64,000 nucleotides of DNA from Eubacteriales bacterium (GCA_045613205.1 JAZLAO010000093.1:18274-82273), one strand, 5' to 3'. Positions 1 through 9,166 are shown, counted from the first letter of the stretch. Numbers and translations are program-made. Notes: generated from the letters alone by a model not told the origin.

Positions 1-1587
1 ATAGATGAAATTCATACAATTGTCGGCGCCGGCTCTGCAGAGGGCGCAATAGATGCGGCGAATATACTGAAGCCACAACTTTCGCGCTCGGAAATTCAGC
101 TTATAGGGGCAACGACCTTTGCCGAATATCACAAATACATCGAAAAGGACGCAGCTCTTGAAAGGCGTTTCCAAGCGCTCACAATAGAAGAGCCGTCACG
201 TGAGCAGACTATTGACATTCTGAAGGGACTGCGCCCTAAGTACGAAGAACATCATTCGGTGAAAATAACAGATGAGGCAATACTGTCTGCCGTTAATCTT
301 TCGGATAGATATATTCAAGACAGATTTTTTCCCGACAAGGCGATAGATATTATTGACGAGGCTTGTGCAAAGGCAAATATGTCACAGCATTCAAATGAGA
401 GTGAATCGGCATTTATTGAGGAAAAAATACGGCAGACAGAAGAAGACAAAGCTTTAGCTGTGAAAAACCAAGACTATTCTCTTGCACTCAAGCTTCGGGA
501 TAAAGAGCTGGAATATAGGAAAAAACTTGAGATTTTTTCTTGTTCCGATTCAAAATCAAACATCAAATCTGTTTTTTCAAGCGACGTTGAGGAAATCATA
601 AACGAAATGACCGGAATTCCAATTTCGGGATTAGCCTCTACGCACGTAGATTCAAAAACGCTTTCTGAAGCACTTAAGAAAAGAATATACGGGCAGGACG
701 AGGCGGTCGATTCACTCGTCATGTCGGTTATGCGAAGCGAAACCGGTATAAATAATCCCGACAAGCCCAAGGGTGTCTTCCTTTTTATCGGAGCAAGCGG
801 CGTCGGCAAGACCGAGCTGGCAAAAGTTCTTTCCGAGGAGCTTTTTCACGATAAAAAATCGCTTATAAGATATGATATGTCAGAATTTTCGGAAAAAAAT
901 TCCGTTACCATGCTTATTGGTTCCCCTCCCGGTTACGTAGGATACGAGGAGGGCGGCTCTCTGACTGAAAAAATAAGAAAGCATCCCTACTCCGTCATAT
1001 TGTTTGATGAAATTGAAAAAGCGGATAAAGAGGTATTAAACTTATTTCTGCAGATAATGGACGACGGAATGCTTACGGATTCCTGCGGAAGAACTGCAAG
1101 CTTCAAAAATTCCTATATAATTATGACGTCAAACGCAATAAATCCCGGATTTAAGGATGCCTCTCTCGGTTTTTTAAGAGATAACCGCGATGGCTTAAAC
1201 AACGAAAAGCTTTTTGATTTTTTCAGTCCCGAATTTATTAACCGCATAGATAACGTAATATATTTCAAGAATCTGACAAACGAATCAATGGTGAGAATAG
1301 CAAAAAAAGCGCTCTCGGAGCTGAAAGCGCGGCTTGAAATTATGAATATAAGGTTGGAATACGATTTGTCAGTCTGTGAGTATATTGCAGGAAAAACGGT
1401 TGATAAACGGCTCGGTGCGCGAACGGTTTTGCGTAGTGTTACTAACGAAATCGAAAATAAAATATCCGCTATTATGCTCGAGGGTGAGCTTAACTGCATA
1501 AAATTTTCAGTTAACAACGGTGAGCTGAAATGCACGCCTACGTTCAAAAATGATAAGCCCTCAAAAGCAGAGCTGATAACCGATTAA
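1..1587 (+). CDS. clpC: ClpC-type Clp/Hsp100 AAA+ ATPase, 5' end cut by the window edge
   Basis: Frame 1 is open from base 1 (IDEIHTIVGAG...RRFQAL) and runs into the tracked ORF at 259. It has a UVR-like linker (ALKLRDKELEYRK), a D2 Walker A (GASGVGKT), a Walker B (ILFDEIEKA), the GYVGY motif and an LGF tripeptide. Confidence 0.9.
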   Translation: MDEIHTIVGAGSAEGAIDAANILKPQLSRSEIQLIGATTFAEYHKYIEKDAALERRFQALTIEEPSREQTIDILKGLRPKYEEHHSVKITDEAILSAVNLSDRYIQDRFFPDKAIDIIDEACAKANMSQHSNESESAFIEEKIRQTEEDKALAVKNQDYSLALKLRDKELEYRKKLEIFSCSDSKSNIKSVFSSDVEEIINEMTGIPISGLASTHVDSKTLSEALKKRIYGQDEAVDSLVMSVMRSETGINNPDKPKGVFLFIGASGVGKTELAKVLSEELFHDKKSLIRYDMSEFSEKNSVTMLIGSPPGYVGYEEGGSLTEKIRKHPYSVILFDEIEKADKEVLNLFLQIMDDGMLTDSCGRTASFKNSYIIMTSNAINPGFKDASLGFLRDNRDGLNNEKLFDFFSPEFINRIDNVIYFKNLTNESMVRIAKKALSELKARLEIMNIRLEYDLSVCEYIAGKTVDKRLGARTVLRSVTNEIENKISAIMLEGELNCIKFSVNNGELKCTPTFKNDKPSKAELITD

Positions 1588-1733
1588 TTCTTATCTCACT
1601 TTCGGAGTATTTAGGACGTAAGGCGTATATCTCACAGTTTCTAAAGAAATTGCATATCATAGATGCATGCCAAAGCACGATGAGATACAGCACAATATCC
1701 GCGGTAAAAATATACCAAGCCTTCGGCTTAGAT

Positions 1734-1768
1734 AAAAAAATTCCGAGAAACAAGTTCTCGGAATTTTT
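1734..1768. terminator. Bidirectional Rho-independent terminator between clpC and the tRNA pair
   Basis: A 9-bp perfect stem (ttccgagaa 1741-1749 / ttctcggaa 1755-1763) with a 5-nt loop, flanked by an A-run (1734-1740) and a T-run (1764-1768). Confidence 0.6.
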
Positions 1769-1845
1769 GGGGTGAAATATGGGATTCGAACCCACGACCT
1801 CCAGGGCCACAACCTGGCGCTCTAACCAACTGAGCTAATTCCACC
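1768..1845 (-). tRNA. tRNA-His (anticodon GUG) with encoded G-1 and CCA
   Basis: The reverse complement folds by hand as G(-1)-GTGGAAT-TA-GCTC-AGTTGGTTA-GAGC-G-CCAGG-TTGTGGC-CCTGG-AGGTC-GTGGG-TTCGAAT-CCCAT-ATTTCAC-C-CCA. The extra 5' G opposite C73 is the His hallmark. Confidence 0.9.
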
Positions 1846-1853
1846 GTATAAAG

Positions 1854-1930
1854 TGGCGCGCCTTGAGGGACTCGAACCCCCGACCTACTGCTTAGAAGGC
1901 AGTTGCTCTATCCAGCTGAGCTAAAGGCGC
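1854..1930 (-). tRNA. tRNA-Arg (anticodon UCU), CCA encoded
   Basis: The reverse complement is GCGCCTT-TA-GCTC-AGCTGGATA-GAGC-A-ACTGC-CTTCTAA-GCAGT-AGGTC-GGGGG-TTCGAGT-CCCTC-AAGGCGC-G-CCA. This is a full 77-nt cloverleaf. Confidence 0.9.
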
Positions 1931-1948
1931 TTGCTGACAACGCATATT

Positions 1949-1977
1949 ATTATAACAGATTGATTCGGTGTTGTCAA
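1949..1977 (-). promoter_or_regulatory. Sigma-A-type promoter for the tRNA-Arg/tRNA-His pair
   Basis: On the minus strand: TTGACA (1977-1972), a 17-nt spacer, then TATAAT (1954-1949). It lies about 20 nt upstream of the tRNA-Arg 5' end. Confidence 0.55.
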
Positions 1978-2015
1978 TAGTTTTTTTCACATTTTCTTTT
2001 ATTTTTTATTACAAA

Positions 2016-2058
2016 TCCGAGGACATCTTGAATAAAAAACAATCAAGAAGCCCTCGGA
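2016..2058 (-). terminator. Imperfect hairpin downstream of the stomatin gene; possible terminator
   Basis: tccgagg..tcttga pairs with tcaaga..cctcgga (7 + 6 bp with an internal mismatch). T-rich sequence follows on the minus strand. Confidence 0.35.
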
Positions 2059-2081
2059 CTGCCGTTTTTGACGAATTTGAT

Positions 2082-3035
2082 TTATTTAAGCGTTTCGGTA
2101 ACCGAGCTCACAAGACCTGCTATTCCCTGTATATTTGAAGGAACGATAATCTTGGTCGCCTTTCCGTCTGCCGCTTTTTCAAACGATTCAAGGCTGCGGA
2201 GTGTTATAACCGCCTCGGAGGGTGCGGCTTCGTTGAGCATTTTAATACCCTGTGCCGTTGCCTCTTGAACCTTCAAAATAGCCTCTGCCTGACCCTCTGC
2301 CTCGCGAATTTTGGCTTCCTTAGCTGCTTCTGCGCGAAGAATTGCAGATTCCTTCTCTGCTTCTGCCGCAAGTATAATCTGCTGCTTCTGACCTTCTGCT
2401 ACAAGTATCGTAGAATTCTTTTCGCCCTCTGCCTTAAGGATAAGCTCGCGGCGCTCGCGCTCCGCCTTCATCTGCTTTTCCATTGCTTCCTGAATTTCTT
2501 TCGGAGGAATAATGTTTTTAAGCTCAACTCTGTTAACCTTTATTCCCCAAGGGTCTGTCGCTTCGTCAAGAATAGAACGCATTTTCGTGTTTATAATATC
2601 TCTTGAGGTAAGCGTCTGGTCAAGGTCAAGCTCACCTATAATATTACGAAGAGTTGTCGATGTAAGATTCTCGATAGCCAGAATGGGATTAGTAATTCCG
2701 TATGCATAAAGCTTACAGTCGGTTATCTGAAAGAATACGACCGTATCAATTTGCATTCTTACGTTATCCTTGGTTATAACCGGCTGCGGCGGAAAATCCG
2801 CTACCTGCTCCATCAAGGTAAGTCTTTTTGAGACAGTTTCAATAAAAGGAAGCTTAAAATGCATACCGGTATTCCAAGTCGTGCGGTATGCTCCGAGTCT
2901 TTCAACCACGAAAGCAGAACCCTGCGGAACTATTTTTACACAGGATATAAGCACGATAATAGCAATCGCGAGAAAAGCGATTACAATAATGACCGGCAGT
3001 ACGCTTCCCGTTGCCAACATAGTGTTAAATAACAT
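2082..3035 (-). CDS. SPFH/band-7 (stomatin/prohibitin-like) membrane protein
   Basis: An N-terminal TM segment, then an SPFH core (VPQGSAFVVERLGAY...PPQPVITKDNV...) and a C-terminal coiled coil rich in AEAEKE. The ATG at 3035 has AAGGA 10 nt upstream; the ORF-track start at 3044 is a GTG abutting that SD. Confidence 0.85.
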   Translation of the reverse strand: MLFNTMLATGSVLPVIIVIAFLAIAIIVLISCVKIVPQGSAFVVERLGAYRTTWNTGMHFKLPFIETVSKRLTLMEQVADFPPQPVITKDNVRMQIDTVVFFQITDCKLYAYGITNPILAIENLTSTTLRNIIGELDLDQTLTSRDIINTKMRSILDEATDPWGIKVNRVELKNIIPPKEIQEAMEKQMKAERERRELILKAEGEKNSTILVAEGQKQQIILAAEAEKESAILRAEAAKEAKIREAEGQAEAILKVQEATAQGIKMLNEAAPSEAVITLRSLESFEKAADGKATKIIVPSNIQGIAGLVSSVTETLK

Positions 3036-3056
3036 ATAAAACACATCCTTTCAGAT

Positions 3057-3485
3057 TTATTTTTTACAAATTACTTTTACGCCTTCAATGGCAACCACGT
3101 GCAATGCCTCACCGATTTCAAAAACGTCGCTTTCATCAACACCTCTGGCAGACCATATCTGGCCTTTGATTTTAACCTGACCGCAACCCACGTAGTTATC
3201 AATTTTTTCGGTTACTACACATCTTTCACCTATTATTGCTTCAATATTGGTTTTTATAACACGTGAGCTGAGTTTTTTTGAAAGGTATGCTTTAGCAAAG
3301 ACTATTCCCGCAGCGGCAAGCACAAGAACAGTAAGAACCTGCCACACAAAGCCAACATCAAGATAATCAAGAACCGTTGCAATTACAGCACCCGGAACAA
3401 ACCAGATTGATACAAGCTGATCGGTTATAACTTCGACTATGATTGCAGCGGCAATTATAGCAATCCACATCCAACCGTACAACAT
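3057..3485 (-). CDS. NfeD-family membrane protein, partner of the stomatin
   Basis: Three N-terminal TM helices plus a C-terminal OB-like domain (GQVKIKGQIWSAR...). It sits immediately upstream of the SPFH gene, the classical NfeD-stomatin operon. The RBS is GGAGGT, 5 nt from the ATG. Confidence 0.8.
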   Translation of the reverse strand: MLYGWMWIAIIAAAIIVEVITDQLVSIWFVPGAVIATVLDYLDVGFVWQVLTVLVLAAAGIVFAKAYLSKKLSSRVIKTNIEAIIGERCVVTEKIDNYVGCGQVKIKGQIWSARGVDESDVFEIGEALHVVAIEGVKVICKK

Positions 3486-3620
3486 ACATTACCTCCAATA
3501 TATATACTTTACAGATATATGGTATCATATTTCACCTACAATGTCAAGAGATTTTGAGAGCACGGATTTAAATAATGTTTCTCCTTTTTTTACAAAAAAG
3601 TCCTAATTTTGAAAAAAGTA

Positions 3621-3649
3621 TTGACAAAACGGATAAGTTATAGTATCAT
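3621..3649 (+). promoter_or_regulatory. Sigma-A-type promoter of the ACP gene
   Basis: TTGACA (3621-3626), a 17-nt spacer, then TATCAT (3644-3649). Confidence 0.5.
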
Positions 3650-3698
3650 AAACAGGTAAAGTGACATCTACACTTGCAAAACAATAAGGAGGACTGTT

Positions 3699-3923
3699 AT
3701 GTTTGAGAATCTCAAGAAGTTCCTGATTGATGAGCTTCACGTAAAAGCTGAGGACATCACCATGGAAGCAGAGCTTTCCGGTGACCTTGGAATAAATTCT
3801 CTCGAACTCGCCGATTTGGTTTATCTTTGCGAAGAGAAATTTAATGTTGTTATAGATGATGAAGATCTCCACAATTTTATTACTGTTGGCGATGTCGTTC
3901 GTTACCTTGAATCACAGAATTAA
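3699..3923 (+). CDS. Acyl carrier protein (stand-alone)
   Basis: A 74-aa acidic protein with four-helix ACP layout. The phosphopantetheine-serine context is DLGINSLELADLV (the canonical DSL is NSL here). The RBS is AAGGAGG. Confidence 0.8.
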   Translation: MFENLKKFLIDELHVKAEDITMEAELSGDLGINSLELADLVYLCEEKFNVVIDDEDLHNFITVGDVVRYLESQN

Positions 3924-3935
3924 TAGTTAATAAAT

Positions 3936-3969
3936 ATTGAAAGGGTTGCCTTTATGCAACCCTTTCAAT
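3936..3969. terminator. Bidirectional terminator between the convergent ACP and hypothetical genes
   Basis: A 14-bp perfect stem (attgaaagggttgc / gcaaccctttcaat) with a 6-nt loop. Confidence 0.75.
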
Positions 3970-3984
3970 ATTATACCCGCAGCA

Positions 3985-4311
3985 TTACAGCTTGACAGCG
4001 TAAAACATCCCGTCACGCTTTGTTTCTATTATATCCGGATATTTATTCTTCAAGTATTCGATTTCCGTAAGCGATGAATCAAAGTCACGGGATGAGGCAA
4101 AAAACTGAATAATTCCCTTTCGCTTCAAATCCTTGAGAATACGCGCGACGGATTCAAATCGCCTCAAATCCAATTCACCGAGGGATGCAGGTTTTATATC
4201 CAGAACGAAAATCTCTTCATTCACCGCCCTCGAGGAAGCGACGAAAAACATTATTTCGGTTGTAAGCTCTCTTAAAGATTTGCCGGTTACGGTTTGAGAT
4301 CTTATATTCAT
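3985..4311 (-). CDS. Hypothetical protein, 108 aa, no family recognised
   Basis: An intact ORF between two terminators with codon usage like its neighbours. The SD is weak. I recognised no motif. Confidence 0.4.
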   Translation of the reverse strand: MNIRSQTVTGKSLRELTTEIMFFVASSRAVNEEIFVLDIKPASLGELDLRRFESVARILKDLKRKGIIQFFASSRDFDSSLTEIEYLKNKYPDIIETKRDGMFYAVKL

Positions 4312-4395
4312 AGCAAAACACTCATCACTTTCATAAGTTGTATATATATTATACCACCTATTTTTCGCAAAGTAAAGTAGTACAGTGAGGATTTT

Positions 4396-5571
4396 ATGAC
4401 AGAACTATTATCAAAAATTTTCATAAAGAACCATAATGAGACCCAAAATGAAAGCGTAAGGAAATCCTACGGAACTCTTGCGAGCTTCGTTGGCATTTCA
4501 GTAAACATTATACTTTCTCTGACAAAGCTGGTGTTGGGAATTCTGACGGCATCTGCGGCAATAATTGCAGATGCGTTAAACAACCTTTCGGATGCCGGCT
4601 CATCGATAATTACACTCGTTAGCTTCAAAATGTCTGCAAAGCCCGCCGACCGAGATCACCCATTCGGTCATGCGAGAATAGAATATATTGCATCAATGAT
4701 TGTTTCATTTCTCATTCTTCTTGTCGGCTTTGAAACGCTAACAAGCTCATTTTCGGTGCTTTTTGGAATATCGGATACAGAATCACCCGATTTTTCAACC
4801 GTTTCCTTAATTATCCTTTCCCTTTCAATTATCCTTAAGCTATGGCTTGCCCTGTTTTACAGGACCGTCGGAAAAAAGATAAATTCCGGAGTGATAAAAG
4901 CTTCATCCGTTGATTCGCTTGCAGACTGCGTTTCTACGCTTGCCGTTCTTGTGTCCGCAATTATCATAAAAATCACAAATCTGCCGATAATCGACACAGT
5001 AGTTAGTATCGGTGTTGCGGTTATGATAGTCGTTGCCGGAATCAGAATACTTAATGAAACAAAAAATTCATTGCTTGGCGAAGCTCCCGTAGAGGAGCAG
5101 ATAAACGAGATTGATAAAATCATAGCCGAATTTCCCGATGTTATCGGAGTTCACGACCTTATGATTCACAATTACGGACCGAATCACTACATCGCATCCT
5201 TACACGCTGAGGTTGACGGAGCAAAGGATATATATATGCTCCACGATATGATAGATAATCTCGAAAAAAGAATTCACAATGAACTCAACATCACCTGCAC
5301 GATTCATATGGACCCAATAGTTACAGATGATGAGACCGTAAACGAACTTAAGGATTTTCTTCGGGATATTATTCGCGAGGACTTTTCAGATGAGTTCACA
5401 TTCCACGATTTCCGAGTAGTAGTAGGCGCAACGCATACCAACCTAATTTTTGATATTCTGCTTCCGTTTGAATATAAAGAAAGCCCCGAAGACGTAATAC
5501 TTAAAGTCAGCGAAGCGGTATTAAAAAGAAAAGATAACTGCTTCTGCGTAATAACAGTTGACAGAGGGTAG
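4396..5571 (+). CDS. Cation diffusion facilitator (CDF) family divalent-metal efflux transporter
   Basis: Six TM helices with HxxxD/DxxxD-type sites (IIADALNNLSDAGSS; DSLADCVST), the DHPFGHAR motif, and a C-terminal cytoplasmic domain (VHDLMIHNYGP...H). Confidence 0.85.
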   Translation: MTELLSKIFIKNHNETQNESVRKSYGTLASFVGISVNIILSLTKLVLGILTASAAIIADALNNLSDAGSSIITLVSFKMSAKPADRDHPFGHARIEYIASMIVSFLILLVGFETLTSSFSVLFGISDTESPDFSTVSLIILSLSIILKLWLALFYRTVGKKINSGVIKASSVDSLADCVSTLAVLVSAIIIKITNLPIIDTVVSIGVAVMIVVAGIRILNETKNSLLGEAPVEEQINEIDKIIAEFPDVIGVHDLMIHNYGPNHYIASLHAEVDGAKDIYMLHDMIDNLEKRIHNELNITCTIHMDPIVTDDETVNELKDFLRDIIREDFSDEFTFHDFRVVVGATHTNLIFDILLPFEYKESPEDVILKVSEAVLKRKDNCFCVITVDRG

Positions 5572-5577
5572 ATAAAC

Positions 5578-5623
5578 AAGCAGGACAGAACGCACTCAAT
5601 ATGTGTGTTCTGCCCTGCTTTTT
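5578..5623. terminator. Terminator hairpin between the convergent CDF and dehydrogenase genes
   Basis: aagcaggacagaac / gttctgccctgctt (14 bp, one mismatch) followed by TTTTT (5619-5623). Confidence 0.6.
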
Positions 5624-5631
5624 CATTCATT

Positions 5632-6585
5632 TTATAACAAATCCACTCTATTTAACTTATCGCCATTGAGGAATGATTTTATGTTATCCGAAATAATCTT
5701 CAAGCATCTTTCGCGAGCTTCGTATGCAGCCCATGCCGTGTGCGGAGTGAGAATGACGTTAGGGAGATTCTTGATTTTCGAATATGGGTGGTCATTCAAA
5801 AACGGCTCGCTTGAATATACGTCACAACCGAATGCTCCTATTTTTCCCGACAGTACCGCTTCTGTTACGTCCGCCTCGTTCAAAACCGCGCCTCTTGCCT
5901 CGTTAACAAGTATTACGTCCCGCTTCATGAGATTTATCCGTTCCTTGTTTATAATCCCGCGACTTGCGTCATTTAAAGGACAGTGAACGGTTATAATGTC
6001 GCTTTCTTCACAAAGGGTATCAATATCGACACAGTTTAGCTCGGGTGACGGAGTTCTTTTGTTCACTATAATACGAACACCGAAAGCCTCGGCAATTTTC
6101 ATAACTGCCTTTCCTATATTACCGCAGCCGACGATACCCCACGTCATACCCGCAAGCTCATGGAAGACCGGTGATATTTTATTTGGCAAACCGGATTCGG
6201 AATATTCTCCGCTTCTGACAAAATCATTATAGACTTTAAGATGGGTTACGAGTGACAGAACGGTAGCTACTGTAAACAACGCCACACTGTCCGTAGAATA
6301 TCCTGGCACGTTGCAAACAGCAACTCCGTATTTCCTTGCGGCTACAACGTCTATATTGTCGAACCCCGTTGCAAAAACGCAAATGAGCTTGAGATTTTTA
6401 CACTTTTCCATAATAGATGCGCTGATTTTGACTTTGTTGAGAATGATTACGTCGGAATTTCCTATATGCTCCACAACGTTATCCGCCACCGTGGCATCAT
6501 AAAATGCTACCTCTCCGATTTCGCTAAGAATCTCGAACGGCAAGTCTTCTCCCATGGATATTTTATCCAGTACGCTTATTTTCAT
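5632..6585 (-). CDS. D-isomer-specific 2-hydroxyacid dehydrogenase (glycerate/hydroxypyruvate reductase-like)
   Basis: An NAD fold (GIVGCGNIGKAV), the catalytic Arg/Glu/His context (VNEARG ... TPHTAWA) and FATGFDNIDV. The ATG at 6585 has GGAGA 7 nt upstream; the track start at 6591 is TTG. Confidence 0.85.
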   Translation of the reverse strand: MKISVLDKISMGEDLPFEILSEIGEVAFYDATVADNVVEHIGNSDVIILNKVKISASIMEKCKNLKLICVFATGFDNIDVVAARKYGVAVCNVPGYSTDSVALFTVATVLSLVTHLKVYNDFVRSGEYSESGLPNKISPVFHELAGMTWGIVGCGNIGKAVMKIAEAFGVRIIVNKRTPSPELNCVDIDTLCEESDIITVHCPLNDASRGIINKERINLMKRDVILVNEARGAVLNEADVTEAVLSGKIGAFGCDVYSSEPFLNDHPYSKIKNLPNVILTPHTAWAAYEARERCLKIISDNIKSFLNGDKLNRVDLL

Positions 6586-6676
6586 AAACAAGTCTCCAAT
6601 ATCTCTTTTTGAATATTATAGCAAAATGCTTTCTTTTTTTCAAGTGTATATATTATAAAAATATTTAAAAAAGGTA

Positions 6677-6705
6677 TTGACATTTAAAAAATGATGTGGT
6701 ATAAT
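6677..6705 (+). promoter_or_regulatory. Strong sigma-A promoter for rpmG-secE-nusG
   Basis: TTGACA (6677-6682), a 17-nt spacer, then an extended -10, TGgTATAAT (6697-6705). Confidence 0.6.
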
Positions 6706-6828
6706 TGACTTACCTCTGTCGGAGGCCTTTTTTTCGTGCTCTTTTTCTGGGACGGGCACGTACCTCTGGCATTGAGGGAGGTATTCAACGGGCTTAGCCC
6801 GAATTTCTATCAGGAGGTGCCGATAAAA

Positions 6829-6978
6829 ATGAGAGTCAAAATTACACTCGCATGCTCTGAATGCAAGCAAAGAAATTATGACACAAAGAAAAACAAGAAA
6901 AATGATCCGGACAGACTTGAGATGAACAAGTACTGCCGTTTCTGCCGCAAACACACTTTGCACAAAGAAACAAAGTAA
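6829..6978 (+). CDS. rpmG: 50S ribosomal protein L33 (Cys4 zinc-ribbon form)
   Basis: [49 protein letters not shown], with AGGAGG at 6812-6817. The longer tracked ORF from 6736 is an upstream read-through. Confidence 0.9.
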   Translation: MRVKITLACSECKQRNYDTKKNKKNDPDRLEMNKYCRFCRKHTLHKETK

Positions 6979-6996
6979 TTGAGAGGATTGTTTAAG

Positions 6997-7311
6997 ATGT
7001 CAGAACAGAACAACAATTTGCCCATCGAAAAAACCGAAGAGGTTGCCGCTGAGGTAAAAACAAAAACTAAATCCGACAACAAAAAGGCCGACAAAAAGCC
7101 TAATTTCTTTGTTCGCGTTTGCAAAAAAATAGCAAAGCTCTGGAGCGACGTCGTAGGCGAAATGAAAAAGGTTGTATGGACGCCTAAGGACGAGCTCAAA
7201 AAAAGCTCAAAGATAGTTTTGGCAACCGTCGTAGCCGTTGGTATCGCAATCGCGGTTGTTGATACTGCCTTCTCTTCTTTAGTCAATTTCATCGCAGGTT
7301 TGATTGGATAA
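6997..7311 (+). CDS. secE: Preprotein translocase subunit SecE
   Basis: A Lys-rich N-terminus, then the conserved EMKKVVWPtK-like segment (GEMKKVVWTPKDEL) and a single C-terminal TM helix. Its position between rpmG and nusG fits. Confidence 0.85.
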   Translation: MSEQNNNLPIEKTEEVAAEVKTKTKSDNKKADKKPNFFVRVCKKIAKLWSDVVGEMKKVVWTPKDELKKSSKIVLATVVAVGIAIAVVDTAFSSLVNFIAGLIG

Positions 7312-7323
7312 GAGGCAAAGGTA

Positions 7324-7866
7324 ATGAGTAATATTAACGAGAAAAACCTCGGTCCCAGATGGTACGTTGCTCATACGTTTACAGGCTATGAGAACAAGGT
7401 AAAAACCAACATCGAAAAGATTGTTGAAAACCGTGGATTGCAGCATCTTATCTACGACGTTCAGGTCCCCACCGAAATCACAGTCGTTACTAACGACAAG
7501 GGTGAACAGAAGGAAGTAGAAAACAAGCTTATCCCCGGATATGTCCTTGTTAAAATGACGATGACCGATGAGAGCTGGCACGTTGTCAGAAACATCACGG
7601 GCGTCACCGGTTTTGTAGGCCCCGGATCAGAACCTACACCCCTCACCGCCGAAGAGGTTGATATATTCAATGTTGAAGCTCACGCAGAAGAGCTTGCGTT
7701 TAAGGTTGGCGATAGGGTTGAAGTATTCTCCGGTATATTCACCGGCTATTCAGGAATACTTCAAGAAATTAATGAAGAGAAGAAAGAAGTCGTTATTCTT
7801 GCTTCTACAGAAAGACGTGACATTCCGATTTTTGTCGAGCTCAAAGATGTCCGTTTAGCACAGTAA
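7324..7866 (+). CDS. nusG: Transcription termination/antitermination factor NusG
   Basis: An NGN domain (WYVAHTFTGYENKVK...PGYVLVKM) followed by a KOW domain (FKVGDRVEVFSGIFTGYSGILQEI). Confidence 0.92.
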   Translation: MSNINEKNLGPRWYVAHTFTGYENKVKTNIEKIVENRGLQHLIYDVQVPTEITVVTNDKGEQKEVENKLIPGYVLVKMTMTDESWHVVRNITGVTGFVGPGSEPTPLTAEEVDIFNVEAHAEELAFKVGDRVEVFSGIFTGYSGILQEINEEKKEVVILASTERRDIPIFVELKDVRLAQ

Positions 7867-7969
7867 GTTATTCCCTTTTTAACGCTTCGCCATGAAGCAT
7901 TCGTGGGAGAGAGAAAATTCTATACTTAATTCTCTCGATTAAATTACCACATTTGGAGGTGTAAACAAA

Positions 7970-8395
7970 ATGGCAAAGAAAATAATGGGTTACATTAAAT
8001 TACAGCTTGCTGCAGGTAAGGCTACTCCCCAACCCCCCGTTGGTCCCGCACTTGGTCAGTATGGTGTATCTATCCCCAACTTTACAAAGGAATTCAACGA
8101 AAGAACAAAGAATGATATAGGACTTATTATTCCCGTTATCATTACTGTTTACGCAGACCATTCCTTTACGTTCATTACTAAGACTCCCCCCGCAGCAGTT
8201 CTTATCAAAAAAGCTTGCGGCATTGAGACCGCTTCTGCAACCCCTAACAAAACCAAGGTTGCAAAGCTTACCAAAGAACAGCTTCGCAAAATCGCAGAAA
8301 CCAAAATGCCCGACCTCAACGCAGCTTCCGTTGAAGCAGCTATGAGCATGGTTGCAGGCACTGCCCGCAGCATGGGTGTTACGGTTGAAGAGTAA
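7970..8395 (+). CDS. rplK: 50S ribosomal protein L11
   Basis: [24 protein letters not shown]... is the canonical L11 sequence. The RBS is GGAGGTG. Confidence 0.95.
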   Translation: MAKKIMGYIKLQLAAGKATPQPPVGPALGQYGVSIPNFTKEFNERTKNDIGLIIPVIITVYADHSFTFITKTPPAAVLIKKACGIETASATPNKTKVAKLTKEQLRKIAETKMPDLNAASVEAAMSMVAGTARSMGVTVEE

Positions 8396-8411
8396 TTAGG
8401 AGGACTTAACA

Positions 8412-9107
8412 ATGGCTAATATGGGTAAGAAATATAAAGCAAGTGTCGAGCTCTTCGACAAAGCTAAACTCTATGATACTGAGGAAGCAGTTGGTCTTGT
8501 TTGCCAGACTGCAAAAGCAAAATTCGACGAGACTGTTGAAGTTCACATCCGTCTTGGTGTTGACTCCCGTCACGCTGACCAGCAGGTAAGAGGTGCTATC
8601 GTTCTTCCTAACGGTACCGGTAAGACTGTAAGAACTCTCGTTTTCGCTCGCGGTGACAAGGCTGAGGCTGCTCTCGCTGCAGGTGCTGACTACGTTGGCG
8701 CTGAAGATTACGTTCAGAAGATAACAACTGAGAACTGGTTTGAGTTTGACGTTGTAATTGCTTCTCCCGATATGATGGGTGTTATCGGCCGTCTTGGTAA
8801 GGTTCTCGGTCCTAAGGGACTTATGCCTAACCCCAAGGCAGGTACTGTTACTCCCGACGTTGCAAAGGCTGTTACCGAAGCAAAAGCAGGTAAGATTGAA
8901 TACCGTCTTGATAAGACTAACATCATTCACTGCCCCATCGGTAAGGCTTCTTTCGGTCCCGAAAAGCTTGTTGAGAACTTCAACACTCTTCTCGGCGCTG
9001 TTATCAAGGCTAAGCCCGCTGCTGCAAAGGGTCAGTACATTAAGAGCTGCGTTGTTGCTACAACCATGGGCCCCGGCATCAAGGTTAACTACGCAAAGCT
9101 TGGTTAA
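8412..9107 (+). CDS. rplA: 50S ribosomal protein L1
   Basis: [14 protein letters not shown]...[19 protein letters not shown] is canonical L1. The RBS is AGGAGG. Confidence 0.95.
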   Translation: MANMGKKYKASVELFDKAKLYDTEEAVGLVCQTAKAKFDETVEVHIRLGVDSRHADQQVRGAIVLPNGTGKTVRTLVFARGDKAEAALAAGADYVGAEDYVQKITTENWFEFDVVIASPDMMGVIGRLGKVLGPKGLMPNPKAGTVTPDVAKAVTEAKAGKIEYRLDKTNIIHCPIGKASFGPEKLVENFNTLLGAVIKAKPAAAKGQYIKSCVVATTMGPGIKVNYAKLG

Positions 9108-9133
9108 TTAAATATACGTTATCTAACGTAAAA

Positions 9134-9166
9134 AAGACGAAGAACCTTGGGTTCTTCGTCTTTTTT
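9134..9166. terminator. Bidirectional terminator shared by rplA (+) and ppa (-)
   Basis: A 13-bp perfect stem (aagacgaagaacc / ggttcttcgtctt) with an A-run before it and a T6 run after it. Confidence 0.8.

Noticed and set aside
1544-1810. An 88-aa minus-strand ORF downstream of clpC.
   Set aside because: Its N-terminal third is the tRNA-His gene read as protein, and the remainder crosses the bidirectional terminator. It is not coding.
4312-4395. A possible NiCo (czcD-type) metal riboswitch upstream of the CDF transporter.
   Set aside because: The spacer is only 84 nt, very AT-rich, and shows none of the GC-rich paired elements expected. It probably holds just a promoter and an RBS.
6736-6828. 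An N-terminal extension of L33: the tracked 80-aa ORF that starts at 6736.
   Set aside because: The extension has no SD and lies in the structured leader. The canonical 49-aa L33 begins at the ATG at 6829, 11 nt after AGGAGG.
7867-7969. The nusG-rplK spacer, with hairpins gcttc/gaagc (7884-7898) and gagagaa/ttctctc (7909-7936), considered as an L1-binding autoregulatory leader.
   Set aside because: The location is plausible, but by eye I cannot show the 23S-rRNA L1-stalk mimic. This needs a covariance-model search, so I do not report it as a feature.
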